A stretch of 64,000 nucleotides of DNA from positions 62,001-126,000 of the forward strand of contig JAPEUI010000021.1 in NCBI GenBank assembly GCA_026025075.1, written 5' to 3'. The stretch comes from Vezdaea acicularis (taxonomy: Eukaryota). This document shows, piece after piece, positions 58,746 through 64,000 of this stretch. Each line of letters opens with the position of its first letter. Positions within the stretch are counted from its first letter, which is position 1. The notes under the pieces are model-generated. The model did no database searches. It was not told the origin of the DNA and saw nothing but the letters and a program-made list of their open reading frames with translations. A program made the position numbers and the translations under genes.

Positions 58746-60479
58746 ATGCTATCGCGGGCGGCACTTCATGCTATTAAACCAAGAAACTTCTCTAGACCTC
58801 TTCCAAGACCTCTTCGTAATGTAGCAATAGCTTCATGGCCTCGATGGTATGCTAAAGATAATAGGCTTCGGCCTGGCCCGAAGGGGCAGCCGGGCTCCAC
58901 AAGTTCGCAGAAGATATACTCGAGTAACAAGACGAACCAATCGCAGGGGGCTCTGCCAGTCGATCCATCAGCCAGAGAAGAGTTCTCCTCAAAACCCTCT
59001 GCGCAAGGAGATGAAGACAAGCTCCATCACCTCGGACGGTCTCAGAGGCGACAAGATTCTGGACCAAATTCAAATACAGCAGCAGAGTCCGAGATTGTAC
59101 CTCTTCCCTCAGAAACTCAGACCGCGCATCCTACAGGGTCCTTGCCTGATCTCACGCAAGGTATTCCTTCCACGCTTCAGTACGAAACAACCGGCTCAAC
59201 GAAACCGCCTTCCAGCGCCTCTACAAGTCTCAACATAATTGAAGATCCAAACGAGTCTTCTAGCAGGAGTGGGGGTGGTCTCCCAAAATCTGCATATGTT
59301 TCGTCGCAGGATCGACGAAAGAGTCGCGTAGCAAATTATGCCCTTGGCTCATTCCTGCTTCTCATTGTTTCCGGAACCGCTTACCTTGGACGTAACTGGA
59401 ATACAGAGGAAGAGGAACGTAAACATGCCGATGCTCCGTCGGGATGGGGTTTGATGATGTTTTACAAGCGATTTTCGATCCGTCTTTTGGAGACCCTAAA
59501 TTACTACAATGAACCTGCATTTCCAAAGCTCCTTCCCGATCAAGAAGTGGAATGGGCTAGACCATTTACTTTGGTGTTAAGTTTGGAAGACCTCCTGGTG
59601 CACAGCGAATGGTCTCGAGAACATGGATGGAGAATTGCAAAGCGACCCGGCGTCGATTATTTCCTTCGATATCTCAGCCAACATTACGAGCTCGTCATAT
59701 TCACGAGTGTTCCGAGCTACGTTGCGATGCCGATCCTCAGCAAGCTCGACCCCTTTCGGATTGTGATGTGGCCTCTTTACAGAGAAGCGACTCTTTATAG
59801 AAATGGGGAGCATATCAAAGTAAGAACATGTGGCCATGACGTGCTTTTGGGTGGAAGCTGACGCTCGAAATTACTTTAGGATCTTTCTTACTTAAACCGA
59901 GACCTGTCAAAGATAATACTTCTGGATACTGTAGAAGCACATGCTCAGAATCAACCAGAGAATGCAATTATCCTGCCAAAATGGACAGGCGATCCAAAAG
60001 ACAAAGACTTGGTATCTTACATTCCATTCTTGGAATACATGGCTACTTTAGGAGGCGATGATGTACGAATTGTTCTCGAAAGCTTTAAGGGCACGCATAT
60101 CCCGACCGAATACGCTACAAGAGAAAGAAAAGCGCGCCAAAAGCTCCAGGAACAATTGGCAGAGGAGCGTAGAAAGCATCCTAGGAAGGGAGGGATTGGG
60201 TTGTTTAGCTCCCTTCTAGGAATAAAGCCTCAGAGTACTATGATGGACCCTTCGGCGCAGACTCCCTCAGAGGCCTACGAGCAGGGAAAGCTCCCTCAAG
60301 ACCAAATTCGAGAAAGAGCTCAGAAACAATATGAATTCATGGAGAAGGAAATTCGAGAAAACTCCGAGATGTGGATGAAGGAGATCGCCGCAGAAGAGGA
60401 GAGGAGTAAGCAAGAGGCTATGCAAGGCATGGCAAAGGGCTTTATGGGATTCTTTTCCAAAGAAGGAGTTTCGAAGTGA
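58746..60479 (+). CDS. TIM50: Mitochondrial import inner membrane translocase subunit Tim50 (intron 59820-59879)
   Basis: Arg-rich presequence, a single transmembrane segment, and EPAFPKLLP, TLVLSLEDLLVHSEWSREHGWRIAKRPG, KDLSYLNRDLSK. Confidence 0.95.
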
Positions 60480-60909
60480 AGAGGCTACTCCACGGAAGAC
60501 ATGGTGGTCTGTTGAATTATAACATATCTTGCATCTGCATCTGCGTTTCTTCTGTCAACACGCCACTCTACATCCTAGTTTTAACTGTTCAATCGCATGG
60601 CGACGGCTGCTCGAGGAACGAGCATGTATATTAAGTTAAGCACCGAAAAATCTGAAAATAACAATAGAATGCACTTTCGGCCCCAAGGTATGCAAGACTG
60701 TAGACGATCTTGAATTCTTTATTTTTGAGATATTGCCCTTTCCCCGCGTGGCTGTCAGAATTGGCATTGCGAAAACACCGATTACTTCTAGACGTTGGCG
60801 AATTGAGGTCGGAGAATGAGTGAATGGCCACAACAAGTTCATAGCCTATTTTAACTATGAGGCGTACCATTCCGAATAGGACCTCGAGCTCCCAGAAAGT
60901 ACCATAGAT

Positions 60910-62716
60910 ATGGCGAATTTTGAAGAGTCGCACGATGATTCTGGCGAAAGGCTAGAGTTGCTTGTCAGCAGTCTCATCACCGCATTTACAGTGCTCTCCG
61001 AAGAACTCCGGGAGACTAGCAATAAGCCTTCAGCAGCACATCAAGCAGCCTCGCCCAACAATTTCGAGACACAAGTATGTTGCTCCAAATATCCCAGTGC
61101 CATGAGTCTGTTTTCCTTCATGATGATCAGCTTAGCTCTAGATCGTGAGCTGCTTTTGTGGCTAAGATCGACAATTCACCAAGCATTTCTGATTTGTCTT
61201 GCTCCGTCATAAATGAAAGGCCTCGCTCGGTGCCAAATCATTTATAATAAATGAAGCTGATCACAATACAGGACTTTGACACCACTGCAAATTCGTTCGC
61301 TCAGGCCGTGTCGAATGGACATGGCTCCTATGAAGAAGAGGAAGCAGTCGCCGCCGACTCGACAGATCTCAACAGCAGCTCCTCATGTCGCATACAAAAA
61401 TGCCTACAGATAGGTGATGATGCATCGCGCCAGCTCGAAGCACTTTTGGAACTCAAGAACCACGGCGTAGCCGTAGAAAACGAGGAGAACGGCTTATTCC
61501 CACTCCAGCCTCTTGGTGAATAGGCCCCTTCAGATGCTTTACGTCCGGGGAGTACATGTCGAGAAAGTCCGCTGATCAACTGCTGGTAGGAGTGCAAATG
61601 TCTACAGGATCAAATCAATGCTACTCTCCTCAAACCTCTCCCAGACCCTTTGGAAGCGCATCACCGGGGCTTAGGCCTTTCAAAGTACTCTCTACACGAA
61701 GACCTACTTTACTAGACGAGCAAACTTCGCCAGAAACCTCCTTGGTACACGATGAATTACCAATAGAACATGACTTTACTACACCTGGGACTCAAGGAGC
61801 GCTCGGTTGCCCCTTTGCGACGATGGACGGTCCAAAGCCAGGCAGTCACTCCTTATCATTCGACCCTATCGCTGCAGAATTTCACCGTGCATGCGCTGCC
61901 TCTCCTCCACCTTCTGCGACGGGCAGCGCCTCGAAATGCCCCATCCGCTTCCTATCTCGGCATTCGCCCGAGGAATTAGCGGCATACTTCGAAAATCACA
62001 AGCACGAGATACCCAGGAGCCATGAGGTATGTGTGAAGCGTTATCAAAGCAATGAAGAGTCTATAAGACAACTAGACGCAAAATATGGGTCATTAGTATC
62101 TATGATACAAGGTCTGGGAGCTAAGCACCAGCCGATGTTGCCCGCTGAAAGGGACGAGACAGATCCTACTCACCAAGACGGCAACAAGGCAAATGAACGG
62201 GTTGAGAAATGGGCGGAGGATGTCAGCGCTAGTTCGAAAGCTGATATGCCGGCGGAATCTGTGGCGGACGAAGAACGAGAGAGCCGCTTCGAACGACCAT
62301 TGAAGGAAATTCGAGTCGGCGAATCGCCGAGTCGGCCGTGGGGGATCTCTGTTCCGCTCTCACCCACACCTAAACTTGCACCTTCGCTACCTGATGAGCA
62401 CTTCAAGCTGGATAAAGAACCCTCGGTCATCAAAGCAAGGCAGGCGCTTTCCGAAAAACCAAAACGATGTCCATTTCCTCACGATGCCGTTCCACTACCT
62501 AAACGAGACGATTCAAATAAAGATCATCACGAGCAAAAGGTTCCAGGAGTGGAGTTCGGCCACAGTGCAGCCTTCATTCGGCAAAGCGGGACTGAGGGAC
62601 AGTCTAGCCAGCAACCCAAAGGTATGGTGTTTACCGGACCTGTCTTCATTGGCTATCCTATAGAGCAGGCAATAGCTTTGGCAGATAGGTTTGTTGGACG
62701 TAAAGATGCTGGATGA
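60910..62716 (+). CDS. Hypothetical protein with Cys-Pro motifs; snoRNA host gene (introns 61075-61271 and 61517-61589)
   Basis: Three ORF segments joined in frame by GT-AG introns. The core reads KCPIRFLSRHSPEELAAYFENHKHEIPRSHEVCVKRYQ..DAKYGSLVSMIQGLG, GESPSRPWGI, VFTGPVFIGY. Confidence 0.75.
61120..61192 (+). ncRNA. Intronic box C/D snoRNA, candidate 18S rRNA 2'-O-methylation guide
   Basis: Box C ATGATGA at 61120-61126 and box D CTGA at 61189-61192. TTAGCTCTAGA (61132-61142) is complementary to the conserved 18S segment UCUAGAGCUAA. It lies inside an unusually long (197 nt) intron. Confidence 0.72.
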
Positions 62717-63222
62717 AAATCAAGGGCACAGCCAATCGGAATGATTATCAATGAGCGAATCTTCAGAGTCAGGTTTCCATATTAACAAAGAGCAAGAAAT
62801 CAGAAACAGGGACAGGACCATAGAAGAGCTATGCAGGATGGAGAGGACATGTCTTAGACACATCCCTTCGAGCAGTATCTCGGCTACTCCATGATGAGTC
62901 CCTTTCAGCTGGATATTTAACAGCTACTAGGCTTCGATACCCAAGGGAATGCGGGATGGGGGAGCCATAATTTCCGAGGTCCAGTAGATAGGAGATTGAA
63001 TAGGATTTCAAGTAGTGTAAGACCTTGCCTCGTGCGACCTCTTGGAAAACCAGGTGGCATGTTTCTATACTTCCATAAGCCGATAAAATCATAGGCTACA
63101 GTAGCAGGTAGACGATAAGTCTTCCCCTTCGGCAGAAATATGACCATGTAATCCGCAGCGATATTGTGCAGACACCTGAATCACTTCCCCCTTCCACCTT
63201 TCCCTCCACGGGTGCGTGTCTC

Positions 63223-63833
63223 TCACAGCAGAGCCACGCACTCAATCTCCACCGGCACCCCCTTTGGCAACTGCCTAACAGCAACGCAGCTCCTCGCCGG
63301 CTTATGCGTGAAGAACGCCTCATACACCCCATTCATAGCCTCAAAGGAATCCATATCCGTCAAGAACACGTTAACCTTCACCACTCGATTCAGATGCGTC
63401 CCCGCAGCTTCAAGTATATTCTTGATATTATGGATACATGTCGCCGTTTTGAATACGATGTCCCCTTCGACGAGCTTCCCGGACGCGTCGGCAGGGATCT
63501 GGCCGGAGACGAAGACTTGGTTGTTGGCTATGATGGCTTGGGACTGGATGTTTGTGGTCTTGTCAGGTCGTGCTTTCTAGACAAAAGCTTGGCTAGGGAG
63601 TTGTGAAGGGTACCTACGTAGGGTCCGGCGGCTGAGAGAGGTTAGTAGGGAGTGCAATTGCGGTCTTGGGAGGCCTTACGTGGGCATGCATCTGGTGTGA
63701 AGACGGTCTTGATGTCGGCCATTGCACGAGCCTTGAATTTTCCTGAGTACGTAAACCCTTTTCGTGTCGGAGCGGGAAGCAAAGCTGTCCTTATTCGTCG
63801 CTGGAGAAATGTCCCACTACGGCGTACAATCAT
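63223..63833 (-). CDS. RidA/YjgF/Mmf1-family enamine/imine deaminase (2 introns, 14-nt micro-exon); in-frame ATGs at 63833 and 63722
   Basis: MADIKTVFTPDACP|PAGPY|SQAI..VFVSGQIP..VVKVNVFLTDMDSF..KPARSCVAVRQLPKGVPVEIECVA. Confidence 0.93.
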
Positions 63834-64000
63834 GGATGGCTTTTTTGGGATGGGCAAAAGATCGTCGTCGGCACGTTCACTTTTCGGGCCCGGTCCCTGG
63901 CGCCGGAGACTTGCCCCACTTGGCCGCCCCAGTCTCGGCCCCCACCTTCGCCAAGACTTTCTTTGGGGTGAGGGGGGAATTTTTTGCGATGCATCTGATA

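Overview
A gene-dense 64 kb window from a filamentous ascomycete (Pezizomycotina-type) nuclear genome. The evidence is short GT-AG introns with CTRAC branch points and fungal housekeeping orthologs. I find about 25 protein-coding genes: EDEM/Mnl1-type GH47 (partial), FRS2, a zinc-finger orphan, Srk1/Rck2, ERD2-like, DOM34, an aldo-keto reductase, an alpha/beta-hydrolase-DUSP fusion, RPS19, TED1, RPL23, RPD3, RPN11, a Ser/Arg-rich hypothetical, Leu3/LeuB, an MCT-type MFS transporter, an SDR, a GRDP/DUF1399 protein, an F-box/propeller protein, GH76, Y14, ZNF207, TIM50, a CP-motif hypothetical and RidA. There is also one intron-containing tRNA-Leu(CAG), a decayed epoxide-hydrolase-like pseudogene and a probable intronic box C/D snoRNA. 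I see no intact transposon, rRNA or CRISPR array. The most interesting unexplained signal is a ~550 nt densely self-complementary non-coding element between the ERD2 and DOM34 3' ends. It contains long-range helices, a pseudoknot-like motif and a telomere-template-like CCCTAA stretch. Next are the intronic snoRNA, the fusion of a PIR1/DUSP11-type RNA-phosphatase-like domain to a serine hydrolase, and structured introns in RPD3 and RPS19. All calls come from reading by eye; no searches or folding programs were run.
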